Assembly (NCBI GenBank): GCA_035996815.1
Contig: DASYJF010000114.1
Location: 70,786-134,785, forward strand
Reading direction: 5' to 3'
Length of the DNA stretch: 64,000 bases
Origin: Thermoanaerobaculia bacterium
Lineage (GTDB): Bacteria > Acidobacteriota > Thermoanaerobaculia > Gp7-AA8
The stretch's first letter is position 1; every line of letters starts with the position of its first letter. The position numbers and the translations under genes were made by a program. Under the pieces are notes generated by a model that was not told the DNA's origin, did no database searches, and worked only from the letters and a program-made list of their open reading frames with translations. Shown in pieces: positions 15,317 through 24,816 of the stretch.

Positions 15317-16396
15317 ATGCGATCGATGATCGGCGCTGTTCTCTCCCTCTTCATGGCCACGGCGGTATTGGCGCAGTGGGAGCCGCCGGATGAGGTGAAG
15401 CGTCCGCCTGATGACGGCGGCGCGCCGTATGTCTACTACGCGCATTCGTACTTCAAAGAGAACCCTAAAGTGGCGGGCCTCGACGACCGCATTTCCATTC
15501 ACGTGCAGAACTTCGAAACCCTCCTGAAGCAGGTCAACGGCAACTGCCAGGGCATCGTGCTCTTTCTCGACGGCATGCCGATCAAAGCGGACAAGGCGGA
15601 ATCGTGTGATCGGTTGGCAGGACACGTTCGCTATCGCCTGCTGCGCGACAAGGATGAAAAAGAAGACGAAACGGCCTGGCACTCGCTCCTCGGAAGACCC
15701 GAGGGCTGGACGCGTACGACCGACGTCAGCGTAGGCGCCGACCGGCAGTTCTCGGCCCGCAGCAGCGCCCGCATTGATCTGGAAGTCATCCCCAAACCGC
15801 AATTTCTCTTGTTTCTGGCGTTGCTGTTCCTGGCGTTGGCCATCTTCATCTATCTCTGCCGGACGACGAGCCTTGTGCGCAGCGGAACCCATCCCGTCCC
15901 GCATGAGCGGCCGTACTCGCTCTCTCTCTTTCAGATGTCGTTCTGGTTCTTCCTCGTGATCGCCGCCTATGTCTTCATGTGGCTGATCAACGATGAGCTG
16001 GACACCATCACCGAGTCCGTTCTCGGTCTCATCGGCATCGGCGCCGCGACGGCGCTCGGGGCGGCACTCATCGACAACAAGAAAACCGCTCCGGGGCCGG
16101 AAGAGCCGGGCGGAAAGTCGGAGGGCTTCCTCAATGACGTGATGAGCGATCCGACGGGAGTCAGTCTGCACCGTTTCCAGATGTTCGTCTGGACCCTGGT
16201 GCTCGGAGTGATCTTCTGCGTCTCGGTCTACAACAGCCTGGAGATGCCGCAGTTCAGCGCGACTCTTCTCGGCCTGATGGGCATCAGCTCCGGCACGTAC
16301 CTCGGCTTCAAAGTTCCGGAAAAACAAGGCAGCGACACACCGCCCGGCGCGACGAACCCATCTCCGGAGCCGGAGCCGAAGGCACCGCCGACGTAG
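15317..16396 (+). CDS. hypothetical membrane protein with a periplasmic N-domain and a C-terminal 4-TM region
   Basis: GAGG ribosome-binding site and signal peptide MRSMIGAVLSLFMATAVLA. Hydrophobic helices in the C-terminal half. No recognisable domain. Confidence 0.6.
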   Translation: MRSMIGAVLSLFMATAVLAQWEPPDEVKRPPDDGGAPYVYYAHSYFKENPKVAGLDDRISIHVQNFETLLKQVNGNCQGIVLFLDGMPIKADKAESCDRLAGHVRYRLLRDKDEKEDETAWHSLLGRPEGWTRTTDVSVGADRQFSARSSARIDLEVIPKPQFLLFLALLFLALAIFIYLCRTTSLVRSGTHPVPHERPYSLSLFQMSFWFFLVIAAYVFMWLINDELDTITESVLGLIGIGAATALGAALIDNKKTAPGPEEPGGKSEGFLNDVMSDPTGVSLHRFQMFVWTLVLGVIFCVSVYNSLEMPQFSATLLGLMGISSGTYLGFKVPEKQGSDTPPGATNPSPEPEPKAPPT

Positions 16397-16439
16397 GTCG
16401 ATTCCGCTTCAGAAAATAATGATCGCCAGGATGCGACGA

Positions 16440-16799
16440 CTACGAATCGAGCAATTCGAGAATCGCCGTCAGTTCCCGCTTCACATCGCCGAGCGCTTTT
16501 GATACATCCTTCGACGAAGACGCAACAGGCGCGGCGACCTCAGAGACCGGCGCGGACATCTCGATATCCAACTTCTTCTTGGCGCCGGCGATCGTGAAGC
16601 CCTCGGAGTAGAGGAGCTGCTTGATGCGCAGGATGATGTCGATCTCGCGACGGGTGTAGAGGCGCTGGCCGCCGCCGCTCTTGTTCGGCGCGAGCGGCGG
16701 AAACTCCGTCTCCCAGTAGCGGAGGACGTACGGCTGTACCTCGGCCATCTTGCAGACTTCGCCGATCTTGTACAGCCGCCCCTCGTCGTCGACAGGCAT
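16440..16799 (-). CDS. MerR-family transcriptional regulator
   Basis: YKIGEVCKMAEVQPYVLRYWETEF is the MerR helix-turn-helix signature. A coiled-coil tail follows. Confidence 0.8.
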   Translation of the reverse strand: MPVDDEGRLYKIGEVCKMAEVQPYVLRYWETEFPPLAPNKSGGGQRLYTRREIDIILRIKQLLYSEGFTIAGAKKKLDIEMSAPVSEVAAPVASSSKDVSKALGDVKRELTAILELLDS

Positions 16800-16819
16800 C
16801 GGCGCGATTATAGGCGGCG

Positions 16820-17866
16820 TTACTCCGTCCCGAATGCGACCGCGCCTGCGCCGTCCGTTTCGATCTTCCCTTCGATCTCGTTGAACAGTCCGACCGAGGC
16901 CGCGAAAACGTCGTCGACGGAGATCTCGTTCATGCAGCCGTGGTGTATGAGCGGGCACTCGCGTTTGTAGCAGGGCTGGCAGGCGAACGGTTTGCGGACC
17001 ACGCGCGAAGCGCCGGGAATGACCGTGCGATCGGGATCGGTCGGGCCGAAGATCGACACCGAGGGGATGGCGAGGGCGGTGGCGAGATGAAGAGGACCGC
17101 TGTCGTTCGTGACGACGACGGAGCAGTGCGAAATGGCGGCAGCGAGATGCAGCACGTCACCGTCATCGCCGATGATCGGCAGGCCGCTCGTCGACGCCGA
17201 AATTGCCTCGGCCTGATGCCGTTCGCCGGGACTGGTGAGCAGGACGACGGAGAAGCCGGCCGCGCGAAGGCGCTCTGCCAGCTCGCCGTAGCGCTGATCG
17301 CCCCAATGTTTGGCGCGGCCGTAAAGTCCGCCCGCGTGCAGACCGAAGAGCGGCTCGTCGAGTCGAACGCCGGCATCGCGCATCAGCCGTCCGGCGCGCT
17401 CGCGCACGTGCAGCGGAATGGTCATCGTCGGAATCTCATCGACGACGCGCGGCGCGTTCATCGCGGCGAGCAGCATCGAGTAATCGTCGAGCTGATGGCC
17501 GCGCGATGGGTCGGGACGGACGCCGTGCGTGAGCAGCATTCCGCGCGCGTCAGTCGAGTAGCCCCAACGTTCGCCAATGCCGGCCGCGAAGGCGACCATC
17601 GCCGCGCGGAACGAGTTCGGGAGGATTACGGCGCGGCGGAAACGTCCCGCTTTCAGCATGCGGATGCGCTCGCGCGTATCGCCGTTCCACGGAATGACGC
17701 TGCGGAAGATGCCGGCCGAGGCGAGGAGGGAGGCGATGTGTTCCGGCGCGGCCACGGTGATGCCACCTTCGCCGCGGAAGCGATGGTAGAGCGCGCGGTA
17801 GGTGGGAAGCGCGAGGACGTTGTCTCCGACCCAATTGAGGCCGACTACGACCGTCTCACTGGCCAT
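16820..17866 (-). CDS. lipopolysaccharide heptosyltransferase (GT9 family, WaaC/WaaF-like)
   Basis: GT9-like sequence over the full length (about 350 aa). Lies in an operon with lipid A/Kdo genes. Confidence 0.8.
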   Translation of the reverse strand: MASETVVVGLNWVGDNVLALPTYRALYHRFRGEGGITVAAPEHIASLLASAGIFRSVIPWNGDTRERIRMLKAGRFRRAVILPNSFRAAMVAFAAGIGERWGYSTDARGMLLTHGVRPDPSRGHQLDDYSMLLAAMNAPRVVDEIPTMTIPLHVRERAGRLMRDAGVRLDEPLFGLHAGGLYGRAKHWGDQRYGELAERLRAAGFSVVLLTSPGERHQAEAISASTSGLPIIGDDGDVLHLAAAISHCSVVVTNDSGPLHLATALAIPSVSIFGPTDPDRTVIPGASRVVRKPFACQPCYKRECPLIHHGCMNEISVDDVFAASVGLFNEIEGKIETDGAGAVAFGTE

Positions 17867-18788
17867 CTGATGTTTCGCTTTCGATTTCACCCGGCGCGTT
17901 CCCCTTCCAGCGGTCGTGCATCCACAACCATAACTCCGGGCGAGCTGCGATACGGCGGGAAATGACGTCGTTGATGCGCGCGGTGAGCGCCTCGGCGTTC
18001 TTCTCGTCGCTACTCAGTTGGTCGATCCGGATCGGTTCCTCGAACTCAAGACGGTGCCCGGTTGAGGCCGGAATGCAAAAACCGAACACAATCGCAGATT
18101 CCTGCCGCAACGCCATTTTTGCGGGAGCGTCAGTGGTCCACGCGGGACGGCCGAGAAAGGGCACGAGGATGCCCTCGCGCGGCTGCACGGCTTGATCCGG
18201 AAGAAGGATGACCACGCCCTTCTGCTGCAGTGCTTTGAGCAGCGGGCGAGCGGCACGCTGGCGGTCCACGACGTTCACACCCGTGCGCGCCCGAAGACGA
18301 ACGAGGTCGCGCTCGAGGAGGTCGTTGTCGAGCGGGCGCGCCACGGTGTGGACGTTCTTCACGTGCGCCATGACCGCCAGCCCGGCGATCTCCCAGCCCC
18401 CGTAATGCGCGCTGAGGAGGAGGACGCCGCGGCCGAGGGCGATCGCGTCCTGCAGGACTTCGGGGTTGGCGAAAAGACAGTAAGCGGGAATCTCTTCGAC
18501 CGGCACGTGCTGCATGCGAATCGTTTCCAGCGCCTCGCGGCCGAAGTGGCGCCAGCATTCATCGATGATGCGCCGCCGCTCGGCGTCACTCTTCTCCGGA
18601 AACGTCGCAGCGATGTTGCGCATGGCCAGCCGGTCGCGGCCGCGCAGGACGTGGCGCGCAAGTGCGCCGATGCGCGTTCCCCATCGGCGCAGCGCCGCTT
18701 CCGATCCGGCGCGGACCGCGCGCGCTGCGGCGCGATACAGAACGTATTCGACGCGCTGCAACAGCGCGTTCTTGCGGCGTCGGCTCAT
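17856..18788 (-). CDS. lysophospholipid/lipid A biosynthesis acyltransferase (LpxL/HtrB-like, LPLAT superfamily)
   Basis: LpxL-family length and sequence; HxxxxD-type acyltransferase block around LLSAHYGGWE (H, no D at +5). Confidence 0.8.
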   Translation of the reverse strand: MSRRRKNALLQRVEYVLYRAAARAVRAGSEAALRRWGTRIGALARHVLRGRDRLAMRNIAATFPEKSDAERRRIIDECWRHFGREALETIRMQHVPVEEIPAYCLFANPEVLQDAIALGRGVLLLSAHYGGWEIAGLAVMAHVKNVHTVARPLDNDLLERDLVRLRARTGVNVVDRQRAARPLLKALQQKGVVILLPDQAVQPREGILVPFLGRPAWTTDAPAKMALRQESAIVFGFCIPASTGHRLEFEEPIRIDQLSSDEKNAEALTARINDVISRRIAARPELWLWMHDRWKGNAPGEIESETSDGQ

Positions 18789-18796
18789 AGAAGTTC

Positions 18797-19038
18797 AGTG
18801 GACTAGTGGATCAGTAGATTAGTGGATTAGTAGGTCGGTGATCGGGCGATTGGTAGACGCTGAATCCGAGAAGAAGTCACGGGTAATACCCAATGGCCTT
18901 GCCTTAATTAGTTTTCGATGCTCGCGGCTGGAGCGCTGGCGTCTCGCCGGCTGGCTCGCCTGCGCAAACGCTTACGTTAAGGCCATTGCGGGTAATACCG
19001 AAGCTCCTGATCTACTAATCCACTAATCTACGAATCCA
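18797..19038. repeat. composite nested inverted-repeat structure: outer arms of repeat family D, inner 25-bp inverted repeats, central half copy of repeat A
   Basis: 18797-18840 is complementary to 19011-19038. 18881-18908 is approximately complementary to 18977-19000. 18931-18965 matches the repeat-A arm. Confidence 0.7.
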
Positions 19039-19865
19039 CTGAGTTTCTCGAGGATTTCGGGCTCGATGATCATCTCCGCGGCGATGGCGATGATGTCACG
19101 GTCATCAATCTTCACCGCGTCTTTTTCAGTCGTCACGATGGCCTCGGCGCCGGCGGTTGCGGCCGATGCTTTGATCGACGCGATGTCGGCGGCGGTGTAG
19201 CGATGATGGTCGCGAAAGCTTCTTGTTCCGATCACGTTCAGCCCGTTCGCGCGCAACGACGCGAAGAACTGTTCGTTGTCAGCGAGTCCGGCGAAGGCGA
19301 AGATGCGGCGTCCCGTCAATTCCTCCGGTACGACGAGTCGCAGGCGGCGTTGAATGACGAAATCGGCGTCCGCGAGCGCGGAGCGGCCTTCGCGCATGAT
19401 GCCGCCGCGCGTATCGATGACGACGTCGATGTCGCGGGCGAGCTGCAGGTGCTGGAAGCCGTCGTCGAGGATGAATACGTCGCACTCATTCACGTTTAAA
19501 AACTGAACAGCATTGTGATAACGCTTTGATCCGACAATTACGTCTATATTTTTCAGCTTGCTTTTCAACAGCACCGGTTCGTCGCCGAACTTCGCGGCAT
19601 CGAGCGACGTGACCAGGCCCGAAGCGTTGCCGGCGCGTCCGTAACCGCGCGTCAGCACGGCTACACGGAAGCCGCGCTTTTCGAGATAGCGGGCGATGGT
19701 GATGACCGCAGGCGTCTTCCCGGCGCCGCCGGCAGCGAGGTTGCCGACCGAGATCACCGGCCGCGGGAGGCGCTTGCTCTTCAAGATGCCGCGACGGTAC
19801 AGCGCGCGGCGCAGCCGGTTGACGCCGCGCCAGAGGAACTCGATCGGTTTGAGGAGGAGCGTCAC
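19023..19865 (-). CDS. lpxK: tetraacyldisaccharide 4'-kinase
   Basis: P-loop GNLAAGGAGKTP and LpxK-like sequence. GTG start overlaps the waaA stop (GTGA). Confidence 0.85.
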   Translation of the reverse strand: MTLLLKPIEFLWRGVNRLRRALYRRGILKSKRLPRPVISVGNLAAGGAGKTPAVITIARYLEKRGFRVAVLTRGYGRAGNASGLVTSLDAAKFGDEPVLLKSKLKNIDVIVGSKRYHNAVQFLNVNECDVFILDDGFQHLQLARDIDVVIDTRGGIMREGRSALADADFVIQRRLRLVVPEELTGRRIFAFAGLADNEQFFASLRANGLNVIGTRSFRDHHRYTAADIASIKASAATAGAEAIVTTEKDAVKIDDRDIIAIAAEMIIEPEILEKLSGFVD

Positions 19866-21109
19866 GCCAGCAACTCGAGGATGCGTGCCGCGGTCCGCGC
19901 CGATGCGCCGCGGTTCTGTTCCACGGTCGCCCGCGCGCGCCCACTCATGTCGCGTTGTGCGGCATCGTTCTCGAACATGCGCGATGCGAAGTCGAAGACC
20001 TCGGCAGCAGTCTTCGCCTCGACCGCGCCGCCGTCGCGCAGGAAGACGCCGGCGATCTCGCGGAAGTTGGACATGTGCGGTCCGAAGCAAACGGGCACGC
20101 CCGCAGCAGCCGGCTCGATCGGATTGTGCCCGCCGGTAGGTACCAAACTTCCGCCGACGAACGCCGCCGTAGCGAAGCGGTAGATTTTCGACAACTCGCC
20201 GAACGTGTCGAGGAGCAGGACGTCGGCGGTTCCGTCGCTCCAGTCGCTGCGGCGCGCGAAGCGAATCTTCGCAGCCGCGAGCAGCTCCGCTACGATCTGG
20301 AAGCGCTCCGGTTTGCGTGGCGCGATGACGACGAATGGGTTCTTCTCGCCGACGAATCGCTCCAACTCGCCGATCATCGCCTCATCTTCGCCCTGCATCG
20401 TCGAGCCGAGGACCAGGACTTTGCGTCCGGCGATGAGTGCTTCGAGCCGCGGCGCGATTTCCAGCGGCCGTTCGTCAGGAACGTAGTCGAACTTCACGTT
20501 GCCGCTGGTTTCGACGATCTCCGGCGGCGCGCCGATTTCGATGAAGCGTTCGCGGTCCGTTTCCTCGCGCGCAAGGATGCGGTCGTACTGCCGCAGCACC
20601 GGCGCGACGAACCGGCGCAGGAATCGGTAGCGCGGAAACGAGCGATCAGAGATCCGGCCGTTCGCCAGCAGCATTCGCACGCCGGCCGCGCGCGAAAGGC
20701 GCGTCGCATTCGGCCAGATCTCCGTTTCCAACGTCGCGAAAACGCGCGGGCGATGCTGTCGCAAGAAACGTTTCACGCTCGCCGAGAAGTCGAACGGGAA
20801 GTACGTAACCGTCGCCGACGGAAAGAGCCGGCGCGCCTGCGCCTGACCGGTGATCGTTGTGGTTGTAATCACGATCGTCGTCGACGGACGCTCGCGAAGA
20901 ATCTCGTCGGCCACCGGCCGCGCCGCCAGCGTTTCGCCAACCGACACCGCGTGAATCCACAGATCGTGCGCGGCCGCCGGCGTTTTGTATAACCCCATCC
21001 GCTCGGGAAAGTTGATCAGGTACTTTCCCCGCAGCATGCCGGCGACGATGACGTACGGCAACATCGCGATCGCCGCGAGGTAGAGCAGCACGTCGTAGAG
21101 GACGAACAC
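19862..21109 (-). CDS. waaA: 3-deoxy-D-manno-octulosonic acid (Kdo) transferase
   Basis: HAVSVGE motif and overall similarity to E. coli KdtA. GTG start chosen at VFVLYDVLLYL by alignment to the KdtA N-terminus. The longer ORF to 21670 was judged to be upstream overrun. Confidence 0.85.
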   Translation of the reverse strand: MFVLYDVLLYLAAIAMLPYVIVAGMLRGKYLINFPERMGLYKTPAAAHDLWIHAVSVGETLAARPVADEILRERPSTTIVITTTTITGQAQARRLFPSATVTYFPFDFSASVKRFLRQHRPRVFATLETEIWPNATRLSRAAGVRMLLANGRISDRSFPRYRFLRRFVAPVLRQYDRILAREETDRERFIEIGAPPEIVETSGNVKFDYVPDERPLEIAPRLEALIAGRKVLVLGSTMQGEDEAMIGELERFVGEKNPFVVIAPRKPERFQIVAELLAAAKIRFARRSDWSDGTADVLLLDTFGELSKIYRFATAAFVGGSLVPTGGHNPIEPAAAGVPVCFGPHMSNFREIAGVFLRDGGAVEAKTAAEVFDFASRMFENDAAQRDMSGRARATVEQNRGASARTAARILELLA

Positions 21110-21193
21110 GGCGCGAATGATAGTCGGGAGGACGGTTCGCGCGGAGCACGCGGAGAGGCGGGGAAAAGCCGAGACGGCGATATACTTCCCGCC

Positions 21194-21703
21194 ATGCCTA
21201 CAGAGAACAACATCGTCTTTGGTCCGAACGCGAAGTCGTCTGATGTGACGCCGTATTCGCTCGGCGTTCTGCGCGATGTCATGACCGCCGCCAACGTCGC
21301 GAAGCTGACCATCTCCAGCACGCAGCGGAGCCCGGCCGATCAGGCGCGAGTGATGTTCAACAACCTCGAGACGCAGGGCATCGCGGCGCAGCGCCGGCTC
21401 TACAAGGCGCCCGGGCAGGCGGTCATCGACGTCTACGAGGCCGGCAAAGCCGCGGGGAAAACGTCCGACGCGATCAAGGCGGAGATGACCGCGAAGATCA
21501 ACGAGCTCGGTCCGATGAACGTCTCCCATCACGCCGCCGATCCGAAACTGCTCAACGTCTTCGATGTTGCGCCGTCGTCGGTAGCGGACGTGAACGCGTT
21601 CCAAGCTGCGGCGAAAAAAGACCCGCGCGTTTCGAAGTTCCTGACGCCGCCGAACGATCCCGGACTTCACTTCGAGATCCCGCAGCCGGGCGACGGCGAG
21701 TAA
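21194..21703 (+). CDS. hypothetical protein (169 aa)
   Basis: Clean ORF of balanced composition, divergent from waaA. No recognised domain. Confidence 0.4.
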   Translation: MPTENNIVFGPNAKSSDVTPYSLGVLRDVMTAANVAKLTISSTQRSPADQARVMFNNLETQGIAAQRRLYKAPGQAVIDVYEAGKAAGKTSDAIKAEMTAKINELGPMNVSHHAADPKLLNVFDVAPSSVADVNAFQAAAKKDPRVSKFLTPPNDPGLHFEIPQPGDGE

Positions 21704-21736
21704 GACCTGTCTTAACTTAAACTTAAGCGCGCAACG

Positions 21737-21880
21737 GAGCGCTGGCGTCCTCGCCGGCTGGCGCGGCTGCGTCCTCGCTGCCGAACCGGCAAACCCTCAA
21801 ATTTCGCTGATAACACCACGTCTGCGCAAGCCTCCCATTCGGCAGCGGGACGCAGCCGAGCCAGCCGGCGAGACGCCAGC
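21737..21880. repeat. MITE-like repeat family A copy
   Basis: Terminal inverted repeats match those of 14479-14629 and 42861-43005. Confidence 0.8.
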
Positions 21881-21950
21881 GTTCCGGCCTCCAACGCGCG
21901 CGAAAGTTAGTTAGTGAGCCTCGGGCAACCAACGCTGCCGGCCGTGCCGG

Positions 21951-23012
21951 CTACGCGCGGTACAGCGCGGCGCCCCAGTGCAGGCCGGAGCCGAGGGCGG
22001 TGAAGCAGACCAGCATCCCGGGTTTGATGCGGCCGTCGGCGACGCACTCGTGGTAGAGGATCGGCAGCGTGCCGGCGGTCGTGTTGCCGTAGCGTTCGAT
22101 GTTGTGCGGCACGCGGTCGGGTCCGAGGCCAAGCTGTTTGGCGACGCCTTCGACGATGCGCAGGTTGGCTTGATGAATCAGGAGCACGTCGATGTCGGAC
22201 ACGCTGACAGCTGACGCCGCGCAGACCTCGCGCACCGACTCCGGCATCTTGGAAAGCGCCTGACGAAAGACCTCGCGGCCGTCCATGTCCGGGATGATGT
22301 CGCCGTCGTCGATCTGCTGGTGCGTCACGAACGGACGCAGGCGGAATCCGATGCCGCGCGTGTAGAGCGCTTCGATGTTCGAGCCGTTCGTGTAGAGCTT
22401 CGAGGCCAGAAATCCGCGGCCGTTATCGTCCATCGCCTCGATGACGACCGCGCCTGCGCCGTCGCCGAAGAGCACGACGCGGTCGCGGATCTTCGTGTTG
22501 TCCTCGCGCTCCTTGGCAGTGACCTCGCGATCCTCAAGACCGATGGTCGTATCCCAGCCGTTCTGCCACGGCATGAACGGCGTGTGGACATCGCCGCCGA
22601 TCAGCAGGATGCGCGCGTACTTGCCGCTGCGGATCAGCGAGTCGGCGAGGTCGAGGCCGTAGAGAAAACCGGAGCACTGCTGGCGGATGTCGAACGCCGG
22701 CATCGACTCGCGAAAGCCCATCTTCGCCTGCACGACCGGACCGTTGCCTGGAAAGAAATGGTCGGGCGTCATCGTGGCGAAGATCAGCGCGTCGATGTCA
22801 TCCTGCGTCCGGCCCGCCGCCTTCATCGCCGCCTCGGCTGCGATCATGCCGAGGTCCGAGGATGACTGGCCGGGATCGGCATAGTGGCGTTGCTTGATGC
22901 CGCTACGCGTTTGAATCCACTCGTCACTCGTATCCATGATGCGGGCGAGTTTCTCGTTCGGAACGACGTTCTTCGGGATGCCGATCCCGCTGCCGGTGAT
23001 CACGCTTTTCAT
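21951..23012 (-). CDS. 3-oxoacyl-ACP synthase III family protein (KAS III/FabH-like) with an internal insertion
   Basis: Thiolase-fold KAS III sequence including the active-site Cys region (QQCSGF). An extra charged segment of about 20 aa (DREVTAKEREDNTKIRDR) sits in the middle. Confidence 0.8.
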   Translation of the reverse strand: MKSVITGSGIGIPKNVVPNEKLARIMDTSDEWIQTRSGIKQRHYADPGQSSSDLGMIAAEAAMKAAGRTQDDIDALIFATMTPDHFFPGNGPVVQAKMGFRESMPAFDIRQQCSGFLYGLDLADSLIRSGKYARILLIGGDVHTPFMPWQNGWDTTIGLEDREVTAKEREDNTKIRDRVVLFGDGAGAVVIEAMDDNGRGFLASKLYTNGSNIEALYTRGIGFRLRPFVTHQQIDDGDIIPDMDGREVFRQALSKMPESVREVCAASAVSVSDIDVLLIHQANLRIVEGVAKQLGLGPDRVPHNIERYGNTTAGTLPILYHECVADGRIKPGMLVCFTALGSGLHWGAALYRA

Positions 23013-23071
23013 GGATGAGAGAGCATACACGGCTCGCTGCTTGCTTCTCCGAGCCGTAATCGGAGGTTCAC

Positions 23072-23407
23072 ATGAAACGACTCACCACATTCGCGATCGC
23101 TCTTCTGGCGTTCGCGTGCATGCAGAAGCAGCCGGACGGAACGTATCGCGTTACCAACGACACGTCGGACGCCGCGAAGAAGGCGCATGACAACGCCGTC
23201 AAATCGGGCGATCAGATCAACAAAGCGACCGAGGACCTGGGCAAGTCCGACGCCGTGCAGAAGATGAAGAACGGATCAGTCGAATTGGGCCGCGGCGTCA
23301 AAGAAGGACTCGGCCAGGTCGCGCAGAAGGCGGGCGCCGGTCTGCAGAAAGCAGGCAAGAAGGCGGAGGATGATGTGAAGAACAAGGACGCGAAGACCAA
23401 TCATTGA
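23072..23407 (+). CDS. small secreted lysine-rich lipoprotein
   Basis: GGAGG ribosome-binding site, signal peptide with LAFAC lipobox, low-complexity K/A/G-rich body. Confidence 0.5.
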   Translation: MKRLTTFAIALLAFACMQKQPDGTYRVTNDTSDAAKKAHDNAVKSGDQINKATEDLGKSDAVQKMKNGSVELGRGVKEGLGQVAQKAGAGLQKAGKKAEDDVKNKDAKTNH

Positions 23408-23431
23408 TAAAGAATTGGTAGTCTCCGCGTC

Positions 23432-24763
23432 ATGACGCGGCGCTTCATCTCTCTTTTTCTTGTGCTGCTGACCCTTCCGGCCTCGCTCGCCCTTGCGCAG
23501 AAGGCGCAACCGGAGCCACCTCCGCCTACCGCGGAGGTGCGATCGGCGATGGTCGACAGCGTGCGAAGCGCCCTGCTCACGTACTACGTTTTCCCCGACG
23601 CCGGAAAGTCGATGGCAGCGCACCTGGAGCGGCAATTGCGCGCTGGGGCATACGACACCGTCGTCACCGGTAACGCGCTTGCAGCCGCGATCACGCGCGA
23701 CCTTTCGACGGTCCAAAAAGATGCGCACCTGCGGATCGCCTACGATCCAGAAGAAGCGCGGCGCATTGCCGACACCTCGGTGCACGAGTCGCACGACAAC
23801 CTGCCGAGGGACCGGAAGAACAACTTCAACTTCCGGACGGCGCGGATCCTGCCGGGCAACATCGGTTACCTGGAGTTCACCCAGTTCGCCGAGCCCAATG
23901 CGGAGTCGCGCCGGGTCGTGCGCGCGGCGATGCAGTTCGTCGCCAATACCGACGCGCTCATCCTGGACTTGCGCGAGAACCGGGGCGGCAGCGCCGAGAT
24001 GGGAAATGAGATCGCCAGCTACTTCGTCAACAGCCGGGCTCATTGGAGCGATTCGTACAACCGGCTGACCGACAAGTGGACCGAGGGCTGGATCGAGAAT
24101 CGGCCGGAGATCACCGGAGGCATCCAACTGGCGATGCCGGTCACGGTGCTCACCAGCAACTGGACGTTCTCCGCCGCAGAAGGACTGGCGTACGGACTCA
24201 AATACGGCCGCCAGGCGCGGATCGTAGGTCAGTCATCCGCGGGCGGAGCGCATGTGTTGCGGCGCGTTGACCTGGGCAACGGTTTCGTTGGCTTCATTCC
24301 GTACATCCGATCGGCGAACACGGTGACAAAGACGGATTGGGAAGGAACAGGAGTCACTCCCGACGTTCCGGCGGACAAGCCAAACGCATTGCTCAAGGCG
24401 CAGGAGGCGATCTTCGCCGGCCGGCTCGCGGCCACCAAGGACAGTGCGCAGATCGGCGCGATCAACTGGGCGATCAACGAAGCGCGCGCTGTTTCGCTCG
24501 ATGTCGACGTGCCAGTCAACCTGCTCGATCAGTACGCCGGCCGGTTCGAAGAGTATGCCTTCTCGGTGAAGGGCAACCGGCTGTACAGCGTCAACAAGTC
24601 ACGGAATGACAAGACGGATAAGTTGACTGCAATCACGCAGATGCTGTTCCAGATCGACCAGGAATCGCAAGTCGAATTCGTCCGCGGTGCAGGAGGTGCC
24701 GTCAACAGCATCCGGCTGCTCTGGAACGACGGCTTTGTAGACACCATCGCGCGAGCGAAGTGA
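23432..24763 (+). CDS. S41-family peptidase (C-terminal processing / tail-specific protease-like)
   Basis: LDLRENRGG S41 signature, signal peptide, about 440 aa. Confidence 0.85.
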   Translation: MTRRFISLFLVLLTLPASLALAQKAQPEPPPPTAEVRSAMVDSVRSALLTYYVFPDAGKSMAAHLERQLRAGAYDTVVTGNALAAAITRDLSTVQKDAHLRIAYDPEEARRIADTSVHESHDNLPRDRKNNFNFRTARILPGNIGYLEFTQFAEPNAESRRVVRAAMQFVANTDALILDLRENRGGSAEMGNEIASYFVNSRAHWSDSYNRLTDKWTEGWIENRPEITGGIQLAMPVTVLTSNWTFSAAEGLAYGLKYGRQARIVGQSSAGGAHVLRRVDLGNGFVGFIPYIRSANTVTKTDWEGTGVTPDVPADKPNALLKAQEAIFAGRLAATKDSAQIGAINWAINEARAVSLDVDVPVNLLDQYAGRFEEYAFSVKGNRLYSVNKSRNDKTDKLTAITQMLFQIDQESQVEFVRGAGGAVNSIRLLWNDGFVDTIARAK

Positions 24764-24816
24764 GCGAACAGAAAAGCGCAATACCGCGCGCGTTACGATG
24801 TTCTATCCTCCGCACG

